This document shows, in pieces, positions 1 to 12,280 of a stretch of 64,000 nt of DNA (position 1 is its first letter; each line of letters opens with the position of its first letter). The notes under the pieces were generated by a model. That model was not told the DNA's origin and ran no database searches. It saw only the letters and a program-made list of their open reading frames with translations. Made by a program: the position numbers and the translations under genes. The DNA is from Balanoglossus misakiensis (lineage: Eukaryota; Animalia; Hemichordata): the NCBI GenBank assembly GCA_040954595.2, contig CM082596.2, positions 2,474,999 to 2,538,998 on the forward strand, in the 5' to 3' direction.

Positions 1-194
1 AGAAACAAGAATGGTTACTTTGTCTCAAGTTTCTACAATGAAGTATAATTAGAGACGTTTACTCTACGAGTCGGGTGAGCCTTAACAGCCGGGTTGCGGG
101 TACTGGGTGGAAATGAATTCGCTTTGTATTCAAGGAACTAGCTGTCTGTGCATTGTGTAATTGCATACACCACAACGGAATAGTGCAATTGGGT

Positions 195-896
195 ATGTTT
201 TCAAAGCTGTGCTGGAATGCGGAATATGCATGGGAAGAATGTCGGAGACGTCTCTCCATGATGGGTTTGAAACCCAGCTTTCCGGTTGTTGTGGAGCCGA
301 TTTTGTATGAACCGCAGCAGCATTTCACCAGCACGGGCCGGAGACGGGTCGTGAACAATCGCAAAATGGTGGTCAAGTACGAGTTGACCGAGTTCCAAAA
401 GATCAACAACCAAATCTACCAAGACGTGGTAACGCAAAGACGAATGACTCATATTCCAAAGCGGAAAATCAACCGCGTGGATTTTAAAAAACTGCACCAG
501 AAGTACCCAAACTGGCGGTCGGAAAACTTTGCCGAGTTCCGGATCGAGTTCAAGGCGTCCGACCTGGACGACGATGGATTGTTGAATTTCGAGGAGTACT
601 GTGCGACTCTGACAAGGCTTGGAGACGAGAACCCCCTTGAAATCAGGTACAGTTTATTCCATCAGCACGTTACCATGGACTTTCCTGAACACATAGACTT
701 TGAGGATTTTGTCGATGTCTGCAACACACTGTCCACCATTACACAACAACACCAAAACTGTTCGGAAAACGTTCAATTTATTCAGATCGCTGGCAAGAGT
801 TCCTCAAGCAGCGATGAAAACGTTTCCGAGGACAGCCATCGTAGTGGCAGCAAAGCCAAGAAACATAAACACGACAAACACACCAGAACGTCATGA
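195..896 (+). CDS. Single-exon EF-hand calcium-binding protein (uncharacterised family)
   Basis: Long, relatively GC-rich ORF. It has a canonical EF-hand loop DLDDDGLLNFEE and a degenerate second loop (DFPEHIDFEDF). First in-frame ATG at 195 (alternatives 258/261), stop TGA 894-896. The true start is uncertain. Confidence 0.75.
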   Translation: MFSKLCWNAEYAWEECRRRLSMMGLKPSFPVVVEPILYEPQQHFTSTGRRRVVNNRKMVVKYELTEFQKINNQIYQDVVTQRRMTHIPKRKINRVDFKKLHQKYPNWRSENFAEFRIEFKASDLDDDGLLNFEEYCATLTRLGDENPLEIRYSLFHQHVTMDFPEHIDFEDFVDVCNTLSTITQQHQNCSENVQFIQIAGKSSSSSDENVSEDSHRSGSKAKKHKHDKHTRTS

Positions 897-3800
897 CCCC
901 AGCATTGGCAGTTCACGAATGTGTGTGTGCCTTCAAAAAAACTGACAGAACCAAAGTGGCCAAGTTGTAGTTTTATCTCTTATCTTTTAGAAAGAATAAC
1001 TCTGCAAGTGACAGTGTTGACATGAATAAGCAGGAGGATTAACTGTTCTTAATCTAATTCTCTTTAAATAACTGGCCATTTTATGACCCCTAATCTCCCC
1101 TGAGATAGAGATAACTGCAATGAAGGACTTCCAGATCTATTTAAACAGGTCACTGAAAAGCCCATATATCCATGTGACCCCTCGTTTTAAAGCTCCATCG
1201 TACATCCTCGCAAATTCTCGAGCCCCGAAAAAGAGTCAAAAACTATCCAGAAGAAATAGTTCTCCCCAAGTTACAGTGACTTTTGATGGTGGACTTGATC
1301 GCTCGTTGAACAAGACATTGAAATCTCTTTGATATCGTTGACATTTTATGTTGCTTTTTTAAGAAGGCGATAAAACCCCGTCCCTGATCAACAGAATTTG
1401 TCATTGTCAGATGGAACTTCAATGTATTTTCATGGTTCACGTTACTGCATTTACATTTTTTCAAGTCATTTTTTTTATATATGTGCTTGGAATTCCATAC
1501 TGGATAAAATAATCAATGATTTGTACGTGGCAACTTTAAGGTAACAAAATACATTTCACTGTACTTCAACTAAATCATGGCATCAGTTGTTGTTTTTTTC
1601 CTCCCAAGAACAAAACCCTTGCAAAACATCCAAAAATGTTAAAAACCTCTCAACAATCTCATCACAAGTGTGTATAGATATTTCAGCTGCTCTGAAGGAA
1701 GGATGTCAAGGTCTCGTGTAAGAAATGCTTCTCTCTGTCAAAGATGTAAATAAGACTTACAGGGATAATGTGGGCATGTCATCTGCAGGTTATTGTTCAA
1801 AGCCATATTTCTCATCAAAGAAAACTTGGGATTCCCCCCTCACACACACACACACACTCAACACAATAATATATTATGTTTCACATAAAGACTAAAATAA
1901 CTATGGCAAATGTCAAATATAACAGACTTTATCGATGTTAATATTGCTTGAAGTCATTAAATGTTCATTTCTGCATTTAATAGGGGAAGATCTATTTTAG
2001 ATAGCTCTTTAATTGATTAAAAATAGATCACACAAGGGAAAAAAACTTTCCGTGTGAAACTCAGTAATCAGTTACAAGGTCAGTGAAGCTATCACACAAA
2101 CTTTTGATTGTGTCATTGCATATTTATCGCAGACTGGAAACTGGGACTCTCAGGTTTGGTTAGTTTTCCTGTGTGTTATACATGCATGTAGTCATGTCCA
2201 CAGACACATTAATTAAAACATGCTTTTTTACAGGTATGACAATTAGACGTGTAACATAAGTGTACACACACACACACAAGCACACACTAATGCATGATCC
2301 CCTCCCCCCCCCCCAAAAAAAAAAAAATCACACAAGCACACACTATATTGACTACAAAATAATTTCCAACAAAAATCTCCTGTTCTGAGTTCACACAGTA
2401 AGTGCACTGATCGCAACCGACTTCAATTCTGACAAACATCAGCTGAACACCTTGCAGAAAACAGATACTCTCAGATAGCCTCCGACCTCTCCACAATGCT
2501 GTAAACTTCAACATCGTCTTACGAGCATTGTTGAGGAATTTCCCCCTGCGCATAATAATGTTCTAAATGACACAGCAGGCATTTTATCCAGTCTGTTTTT
2601 CTCTGCAAATCAATATCCGACAGTTATGACAGTTTGAACGTCTTGCGACAGATCAATCTGTCAAAATATTCAGAGAAGAAAATCTATAAAAATAGAGTTT
2701 TCAGGCTGAATATCTATGTGAGTACCTTATTTGTACAGGAAACGACTCAAGTCAGTTTTGACTAAATGCAAAAATAAAAGCAGATATGCATTTTGAAAAA
2801 AAAGCTGCTCAAAGTATTTTGGATGGCGAGGGAACAAAATAAGCAAAAAAGTTGTTTTAACCAATTCGGGAGGGGTTGGTATCATAGACTTATAACCAAT
2901 AATTGACCCCAATGTTGTTTACGCAAAGCGAAGTAAGAAATGAACGATATATCTGTAAGAATGTTGATTACTGTCCATGGATTTCATGCAACTTGCCCTT
3001 GTTATAGATTTTATTGAGCATGGGAAATAATGAGTTGAATATTTTTAGACAGAGTCATGCAGAGAGCGCTGTACTGTAGAGAGGTTTGGATCTTGACTTC
3101 TGTCTGCGTACTATGCCCCAGGGCTGGCATTTCATCAGTAAACATGGAATTGAATTTTTCATGTACGCAAGAAACAAACGCAGAAGCCATTGCACGTCAC
3201 TGGATGAAGAACCAGTTATTGCTGGCTGCAGAGAGGGTCACACGACCTGCCAATAAGGGGTGACCACAAATGTGGAAATCAATCCCATATGTCTCAGCTG
3301 CGAAAAAGTGTTTACTTGCCCCTGTGGAACCTTTCCCAACCAACTCTGACGACGCCAAATACGTGTGCACCTTGCTGAGTGTGCACCTACAGAGCTGTAA
3401 ACATTCATGCCATCTCAGTGTCCACACGCTATATGACTCAACAGTCAGAAGTGAACTGTGGAATTACAAACCTGTACAAGTCGTACGTATGACTCACAGC
3501 GTAATACTACATTTACTGGACAAATGCTGTATAACTTTTGATATATTTTTCAGGCCATTGCTGCTGTCATTGCTGAAGGATGTGGAATCGCCCCAAAGTT
3601 CAAACAACAGTCATGGATGACAAGTGCATGATGTATAGTGCAATATGATGCAAAAAATATGTGTATATATCAGAATCATGGACAGATTTAGAAACCTTTA
3701 GATTTATGACTTTGTTCCCGCGCCACATTCTCCCCAGAAAGGTGCTTACAACAAAAATATTCCCATTAAACCATAAATCAAACTGTTGTCCATGGGCTTG

Positions 3801-6679
3801 TGCGTTGAATTAGCCGACACTTTGTCTAAACCATTGGCTCTTTGGGGCTTGTAGAGCTTTGGAAAGATCCTACAGACAGCTGTCGAAGTGGATTATTTTT
3901 CGCCCTGGCCACATAAAAATTTGTCGCACGTCATTTGTAATGCAACACCCAGCTTTGCTAATTAACAATTTAAAAGTTAGCCCTTTGTCATTTGCCTCTA
4001 CACTTATGGATGCGGCACACTTAATTCGAAGCGTCCAATCGCAGGCCAGAGACACGGCCTATAAATGCAATTGCCATGGCGACAAGCCTGATAACATTTC
4101 CTCAGGCGCTAACTTAATTTTAATTAAAGGACAGTTTCTCAGTTATTACGCATACTTCGCAATGAAACCAGGTGGCACTTTCCCAGGGACTCAATCATTC
4201 TGCGTCAACACACTTCCAATGTCAAATAAACGACCGACCGACCAACATCACTACATTTTAACCGAACATTTGACAACAGTTCACCATGGCTATTTTCTAT
4301 CTCCAGCTATCTTACATTTTTAAGTTCACAACCACACAAAAGGACATTGATTTTTTTGTAATATCTCCACTTATTTTTTCACGAGAAGATGTTTATATTT
4401 TCAGGAAACGACACGTTTCACGAAGCATGTCCTATATCGAATGGAGTCATCCAGGGCACTGCGTTGTCGTCAATAAAGACAAAGGCATCCATAGATTAGC
4501 GATGGATTATTACAAAGGTTATTGGACATGTGCTGTTTACTAAAGATTTCACTCTCAATATCCCCTTGCAGTCATGTTTTTTGCAGCTCTGTGCACTAAA
4601 ATCCATTACTTCTGAAATATTTTGCACAAAAACATCTTTTCTTTTGAATATGACAGAAGGAATAGTCCATCACAAATTTTTGATTTAGCCACATGATTTA
4701 AATTTGATTTCACATGTACAACGTACAACACATGTCTAGATACCAGACCAGTAGATGAAGAAACTGGGTGGCATCATTGTTTCACACAACAAAAAATCTG
4801 AAAAACATCACCACACAGTCAAGATCTCTCAAACGGTCAAAGGTGACCATTGTTTGACTTCTGTCCAATGTTGCTATTTCAAGACTCTGAAGTGATTATT
4901 TCTTCCCAAACATTTCCCCTGCGTATGATTTGTAACGGCATCCAAACAAATCAAAGTGAAGAATGCACTGAAGAAGCCGGTACCCTCTAATTTATTATTC
5001 TCTGGCCTCTTAGGGCAAATGAAGACATTCATTTCACTCGGGATTTTACCGACTCAACCTTCAGCTCTAACCACTTCAAGGAGCTTTTTCGAGGATAACA
5101 GTTATTTCTTAAGATTATTTACGAGAGTATAGGAACTTCTCAGAGGGTCTGGTTTACTGAAAATTTCAATGCAGCTGGAATATTTCAATTTGGTCGCATA
5201 CAACATGGATCTGGGGATGACCTTTGACAGAGGATGAATTTGACATGGCATCGTTCCAACAAACAACCAGCTTGTATTTTCTGATCATGGCATCTCCACA
5301 CAGCAGCTGTTCCAGTTTTATGACTGCTGAGTGACACAAGCCAAGAGATTTATACAAGCGGCAGACTGCTACTGCCGTGAGAAATGCTAACTTCATAGCA
5401 GTCTTCTGCCCATGTGTCTATGATAATCTATCTCTGTCCACACCATGATCAAGAGCTAAGCAGGATCCTGAAGTACCTCAAGCACAGTGAATGAGTGATG
5501 CTTTCCTTACAAATGGGTTGCCAGGGAGACAACTTCCAAGTTTGGAATAAAACTGACATTGACTGCTGTCAAGCCAGTGTGCATATGTGGTTTCTTTACT
5601 GTCAACTGGATCAAATAATTTCTGTTGAAGAACAGCCTGGAATGATGTCAGTCAACCCAGTTTTTAGATCTGTTTCAAATTTACCTACTGAATACTTTTT
5701 AATTGGTCTTATGCTTTGTTTTTCATGTTAAGCTGGGCCTGTTTACAGCTAGAAAGGGGGTGACAGACCAAAACAGCAGGGAGCTGAGTAGTTTTGATTT
5801 GAAGGGTAAACATTGCAACAAGAAACATAACTTTGTTTTTACACCTACGCATTCGTATCTGCAAGAGCCGAAATATCTCTATATGTTTAACTGGAAAAAT
5901 CTCTTTTAAGAAATACTCAGAAAAAAAGATTTATATCCGCATCTGTACTACCTGACTCACAACAAATATTAATTTTGTCTAGCACACATCCTGTGTGGGG
6001 TGCGTCAACCAACCAACCAACATTTGATATTTCCATCAGGTCGACAGGTCACCCCCGCATCAACAGAAATGGACTAGGCCCAACCACAGCTGCGCAGCCG
6101 ACCATCCCCAAGTTTATGAAATGCACAAAATGTTGACATTTTAAACTCAGATTATTCCATAAATATTAGACTCTGACGTCTGCAGTTATTCTGGGATGGA
6201 ATTTTTTATCATAACCACATTCCATGGGACGGTAGTTTCAGCTGACTTTTAAATACAATAAAAGAGTTTTTCACGTAAGCTGGCTATGTCAAATTGATGT
6301 GGGCCTTTCCTCTTTTCCCATGAAAAGGTTGTTACACACGCAAGCCTTACTTTAAACCCATTAATGTTGAATCGTACTGACAAAGAATGTAAACACAAAA
6401 GTGTATTAGCACGCACTGAGGAAAACCATGAGAGAGATACGAGAGACAGATACGTCATAGACCACTTCGCAGATAGGGTATCTGCAATGCATGATGGTAT
6501 AATTTGCGTTCAACATAGCGTCTTGTACTCGTGGCTAACGCACGCGCTCAGAACGCAAACTGTCCCACAACACCCTGCGTTATTCTATCCGCGAAGTGGT
6601 CCACGGATGACCTGGTTTGATGGCACATCTGCCACTTATCCAGGGTACAAGAGCGATAAGTCCGGTGTTGTTTAATTAA

Positions 6680-6764
6680 CCCTTTCACCACCATGGTTTG
6701 GCCCAAAGCCTTTGTATTCTATAGGAAACTTGGACCTCTATAGAGGCAACTGGGGGTGAAAGGG
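6680..6764. mobile_element. 85-bp piggyBac-type MITE, copy 1
   Basis: TIRs CCCTTTCACC...GGTGAAAGGG, flanked by TTAA on the left and TTAG on the right. Near-identical copy at 11129-11213. Confidence 0.7.
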
Positions 6765-6812
6765 TTAGTTTAACAATCTCTACTATATAAACAGAGCCCT
6801 GAACTGCATCTA

Positions 6813-7037
6813 CAGTGTTCCATCTAGGATGACATCAACAGGGGGGATTGTCCCTCCTTGCCAGAATACTGAGGGGGGGTGGTGTTCAGTCTGACAAGGA
6901 GGGACTGTAATATTTTGTCAATTATTTGTGCGTATTACCATGACTGATATTATTTTCAGCCGGCACCGGTCGCCCCTTGGCCAATTGCTAGGGGGCACCA
7001 ATAGCACAATTAATTGCCACCTCTAGATGAAACACTG
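6813..7037. mobile_element. 225-bp Tc1/mariner-type MITE
   Basis: TIRs CAGTGTTCCATCTAG / CTAGATGAAACACTG (1 mismatch), with TA on both sides. Confidence 0.55.
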
Positions 7038-7150
7038 TACAAACAGTTCAATGTGGACACAAAGTTCTAATACACAGGCTCCAACTACACACAACCATTA
7101 GATTAACCACATTCTCTCACTTTCAATAAATCACACTTTTTATTACTCAC

Positions 7151-9698
7151 TGGTATATTAAACGACTGTGCCAGGTACTTCAGTTGTGTGGCTTGCTTGC
7201 TCAGCACGTTACTCCTATGAATAAAATTCCCAGCGACGCTATTATCATATTCCTTCCGGATAAGAGACGCTATGGAATCAACGATAACCAGCTTGACTTT
7301 ATTCCGGATCATTTCCTCTTCCAAATTGTGTAATCTGAAAAAGTATAAAATCAACAGATTTGTTTTATTTCCTCACTTTAATGAGAGAACATTTTTCATA
7401 CTCATTAAATTTTACCACTCTATCAAAGTCACAATCCATGAGGTTTTACTACTTTTAGATGATAAATAATTTAAACAGGTTGGGTCAGAGAAAATATACT
7501 GGTTGTTGTTTCTGTTCGACTTTCATTTCTTGAGGTTCAGTAGACTGTTTATGATTTACTCAAAAATATTTTGGCGCAAGATTTTCACGTATGATGTTTC
7601 AGTTTATTGGTGGATATATTTTTTCCAATTACCTTTGTAGAAGTTCTGAACATGTGGTCACATGATGAATGGTGATTTTGTTGGTGAGATCAGTCAGTTT
7701 ATCGTCGGAGTTGAAGTAATAAGGAAACCTGCACTGGGCAACCTCCACCAATCTGATTAAGAAAAAAAAAATAATAAACAAGCGTGAGGAGTCACAGTGA
7801 TTGCTTCTGAAGATGTATGTACCACACCCTGCTCCTTTGCCTCTTTGGTATAGTCCTATTGTTATCATTGCTGAGGGAGGATTTATTCACATATGAAAAG
7901 GGGAGCTAAGTTCCCTGATTGAGAAATTGCAGTCAAAGGAAGGGGTATCGTTGATGTATTAAATTCAAAATTTGGTATATTTGCAATAATGTGGTCGTGG
8001 AAAATCACTGGGTGTACAAGACCGAATCACACTGACCAGACCCTAGGTGGCGCTGTTAAAGAAATTAAGTGGTGTACTCGTTCCTGGCTTTGATGTGAAA
8101 ATGATGGGATAAAGACACGGTGTACTGTGATCGATTTAGTCACACTGGTGGGATATTTCTTTCCCTTATTTAATTACCATCTAATTAGCTCCTAAAGAGA
8201 AGGACTTTGAAGCCAATCATGTAGAAAATTTGTTTCTATTCTGATCAAATTTCTGAAAATCGCCCGTTCCCCCAAACACCATGGAGATCCCATTACCCAG
8301 ATGTGGAATGGGTGTCACCAAATATTTTGCTTCGCAATTAAGTGTAACTGTGCCCTCTGAACCCAGGGGTCAGAGAAGGTCTGCACTCAATCAGGAAAGG
8401 AATTTACCTTTGAGCAGAAAAAGCTCCCTCGGTGTCGATGTAAATAACACCACCATCCAAACCACCGAGATCTGACGGCAAAACTGCTAAGACACTCAGT
8501 AAGATGGATGTTTGCGTCTTGCCACAGCCAGGTGGGCCAGCAATCTAAACAATAATTTTAAAAGATAACTTTGTCACAGCTCAGCTGACACTTACAATGA
8601 GCATGAATCTTCCCCCTTTTTCATCAATGATACCAGTTTTAGATTATGCTCAGAATAAACCTCCAAATTACACACATAAACACCAAATATACACACACTC
8701 ACTCACACAACATAAAATATCAACATACCTCTGTGACGCTTGCAACAGGCAATCCGCCGTGAAGCACACTATCCAACTGATCAAATGATGTGGCGAAAAA
8801 TGCTTTCCCGATTTCACGCAGCTCTGCAGCCTTCAGAAATTCAACATTATTGGAAACACAAAATCAGCGATAAACCAACACATTCCAGAGACTGGAGGTG
8901 ATAGTGTAAATAAAGTGAAATAAACCGGCTAAAATTATTCAACCTTAATCATAGGTTACATTATATCACTTGTGTGTGTGTATACGTACAGTTTGAAGTT
9001 TGGGTAGGCAACTTCTGCTTGCCATGGAAACAATGGAGTTGACAGTCTTATGACAGACACCTGTGATCTTCAATAGCTCTAATGATGATTTGGTGAGGAC
9101 ATCCTAAAAATGCAGAAAAATGATACACAATATGCTGTTACATTATTCTGCTACCTGTTTATTTAACTATATTGTTATACATTATGTCTGAGAGCCCGTA
9201 AGGTTTCTTCTTATAAGATTATGTATCTTATAGGATTATATATCTTATAAGAATCTTATAAGGGCATTTTTATCAGTGTTGACCAGAGTTACTGCTTCTC
9301 TGCTAAACAATAGAAATAAGGCTGGCCGCAATCGATCCATTGCCATTGTTTTGCTAATTAGACCCCAACTATTCTGATTGGCCAATTACTTTGCACACAT
9401 CTGAAAGGGGTATACCACGGCGCTTGTGATTGGTCAATTTTGCTATGCATTCTTGGAACAGGTGTGGCAGTAGGAGGGGCGCCAGACAATGCACCATTGT
9501 TGACCTTAGATTTGTCCTCATCTCCTGATCTGTAAGGTATCTCCAAGCTCGGCTATTACCTTGGTAACAGCCGAGTTTGGAGATACCTCGCTACTACCCA
9601 TGTCAGCTACTTACCTTGCAAGTGGCCACATTTTGTTTTTCAAGTCTTTTCACAATAGCTTCGTCGAGCTTCAATCGCTTCACTCTTTTAGTTGCCAT
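7151..9698 (-). CDS. RAD51B: DNA repair protein RAD51 paralog B, coding exons 1-6 (3' part not in window)
   Basis: GT-AG exons 9615-9698, 8990-9103, 8729-8830, 8408-8544, 7633-7752, 7151-7334 (741 nt, frame-consistent). Protein starts MATKRVKRLKLDE, has Walker A GPPGCGKT, YIDTEGAFSAQR and Walker B LVIVDSIAS, and ends KYLAQSFNIP. Exon sizes resemble vertebrate RAD51B as recalled. Confidence 0.92.
9535..9588. repeat. 54-bp near-perfect palindrome in RAD51B intron 1
   Basis: AGGTATCTCCAAGCTCGGCTATTACC-TT-GGTAACAGCCGAGTTTGGAGATACCT: 26-bp arms with 2 mismatches. Confidence 0.9.
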
Positions 9699-10439
9699 AG
9701 AATCATCTATAATTAAACATCGCATAAAATTACCCCAAAATAACGCAGAAATGTACTACAGCGCTCATACTTTTGGTCGTCACGTTGCACAATTGGTTGG
9801 GTCCAGTCGCAGACTATATGTTGAAATAATGTGCTACCGTTTCAAATTGTGAAATAAATGTGACCCACAAATTTCTGACTTTGCTGATCAGACAGCATAA
9901 AGCTGTTTCCATTAAAATTAATATACTTACATGTCGGTTTCTTTGAGAAACGCGTGGCAATATTTACCGGAAGTATTTATTTGGCGGTGTTAAATTTGCA
10001 ATGTTTAGGTTTACCGCCTGTCAACGATGAGGGCGTTTCATAATTTGGAGACAGCTGCCTAGCAACGTAAATTTTAAACGTTTTCTTTTATATTGGGCCC
10101 TAAATTACTCATAACCACTGGACTAAGAGGTAATTCGAGTAATTCTCGATTAAACGATACCAGAATAAAACTGAAAATTTCTTTCGCGTGGTACCATTGT
10201 GGGAGCCCTCACAGGTCAAATGATAGTCTTTTGTTTTTACACATTCCAAAGTTTTTTCCTGGAAACTTCCAGCATTAGCAAGAACTAGATAAACACAATG
10301 ATCCAGAGCAGATTTTCGCCACACACTCAAATGCCATATTAAATTCCACCACCTATTATCAGATAGATGGCATTTCCTTCAATAAAGCAAATAAAATACA
10401 ATAAAACACAACACACAGCCAGAGTTTGTTGGAACCAAG

Positions 10440-10445
10440 TTTATT
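10440..10445 (-). terminator. Probable MTA polyadenylation signal (AATAAA), implying a ~1.85 kb 3' UTR
   Basis: TTTATT on the + strand, followed on the minus strand by a GT/T-rich downstream element (GTGTTGTGTTTTATTG). Confidence 0.45.
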
Positions 10446-11128
10446 TGTGATTTCCATAAATAATTTCCAGTCTTTATGGCAAATGTTTTTTCCTCTCTTT
10501 TATGTAAAAAGACGCTTATAAATTTCAGCATGACTACCCTATATATAATACAGAGCAAGTGTTACACTCCATTCACCACATGATGTGCGTCAAGCCCATT
10601 TCCCCTGAGCCAAGATTTAACGTCATTGTTCAGAATGGCAGTCAGACCTTCACACAGGAAAAAGGGGAAACAACATAAACATGTTAAGGGTGCTCAGTCA
10701 CTGCACATGGGCGCTTCTCACAGCACCTGTGATTAAAGGCACCGGATTACACTCCACCCAAAATGTCTAGACAATTTGAAACCCCGAACAGAGAATACAC
10801 TTCTCTACGTCTACATTTTTTTATTCCAGTCACCGTTGACTCCAACATTTGTAATTTTGCAAGACAAGGATCTAGCTTGTTGGTGTAATTTTAATTTCAC
10901 TTGGCAACCACTAAAATTCCCTGGTTTTCATGACTGAGCTCCCTCAAATCAGACACGGGGGTTCTAAGACAACATTTTGCTGAAAGCGGACAAGAAGTCT
11001 GTACAGCGTTTCAGTACTGAGAATTATCAGCAGCAAATGTACTATACCCAACAAAACTAATTTTATTCCCACCCTAGTGCCCCGAAAAAATATATCATTT
11101 GAAGCTTAAAACCAACTGATTGGTTTAA

Positions 11129-11213
11129 CCCTTTCACCACCATGGTTTGGTCCAAATCCATTGTTTTCTATGGTACATCTGGACCTCTACAGAGGGAATT
11201 GGGGGTGAAAGGG
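11129..11213. mobile_element. 85-bp piggyBac-type MITE, copy 2 (in inferred MTA 3' UTR)
   Basis: Perfect TTAA TSDs on both sides and TIRs CCCTTTCACC/GGTGAAAGGG. Confidence 0.75.
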
Positions 11214-12280
11214 TTAAGAAGTACAGCACCCTCACACAAAAGCAAGACATTCAGTTACTCTGTGAGTACAAGAGAAAAAAAGAGGAGTTTCCACATTCCT
11301 ATACCCTCTTCTCCTGGATTCTGAACTGGAAAAATACACATCTGGAGTGATATATTTTAGACAATGCAAAAAACACGGTACAAATAAGGAAGATCTGATG
11401 GTGAGGATAGTCACATTTTCATTACAAGATATAAAATGTTCCATTTCAATATATTAACCTGCCAATGCTAAATTGATGTTTTTTTCTTCTGCAATTCATT
11501 ATAAAGGGGGGTAGGTAGGCATACAAATTTACAGCAATGACTTATTTGCTGGAATTGTTTCAATATCTGGTGATGCAAGTTTTACATCAGATTCAGGGTT
11601 GCATGCTGCCTCTCCGGTGCAGGGTTGATATGAAAACAAAAAAGTATACAATTGCTAATCCACAGTTGGATAAGACAGCATACACTGTCATCTCTAGGGT
11701 TGTTGTGCATGGCGTTCTATAGACACTCAACCGATGATTTTACAAAAAATTTATTAACACAGATCAACCAGATAACATGGCAAGAGATTTAACATAAGTC
11801 AGAGGCAGGATCCCAGAATGCACTAGCACTTGTACAAACTTCTACGCTATGTTCCACCCTTTAGTAATTACAAAAAATATAACCAATAAGTTACTCTCGA
11901 CTCCCAGAAACTATTTTTCACAATACCTCTGTTCCTACCCTTTTCCTGGTTATTTATACTGATAATACTTTTTTCTTCATATGTTCGTTTCCTTTTTTAA
12001 ATATCTAAATAGTTTGTAGCGTAAACTTGGCATCCACAGGATATGCCAATGTTTTTACACATTGAAACAGGATCCTGATTTGTTATATATAATTCAAATT
12101 TCTTGACATATTGAAAAGTCTCCCACTGGAAGAGGCAGTATCTTTCTCAGGGAAACAGAAGTGACATATTTTGTCTTTAGTCTCTGCGCGTGTATACTGC
12201 CAGATTGTTTTGTTATCCCCTGTCAGGATTTGACCTGGCATGTCTGTCTTGCTGTGAGTGGTCTCTCGACTGGAGTGTGC

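Noticed and set aside
3859-4323. 154-aa ORF
   Set aside because: TTG start, no recognisable domain, no exon boundaries, atypical composition.
9205-9262. Palindromic TCTTATAAGA micro-array in RAD51B intron 1
   Set aside because: Short AT-rich slippage repeat with no evidence of function.
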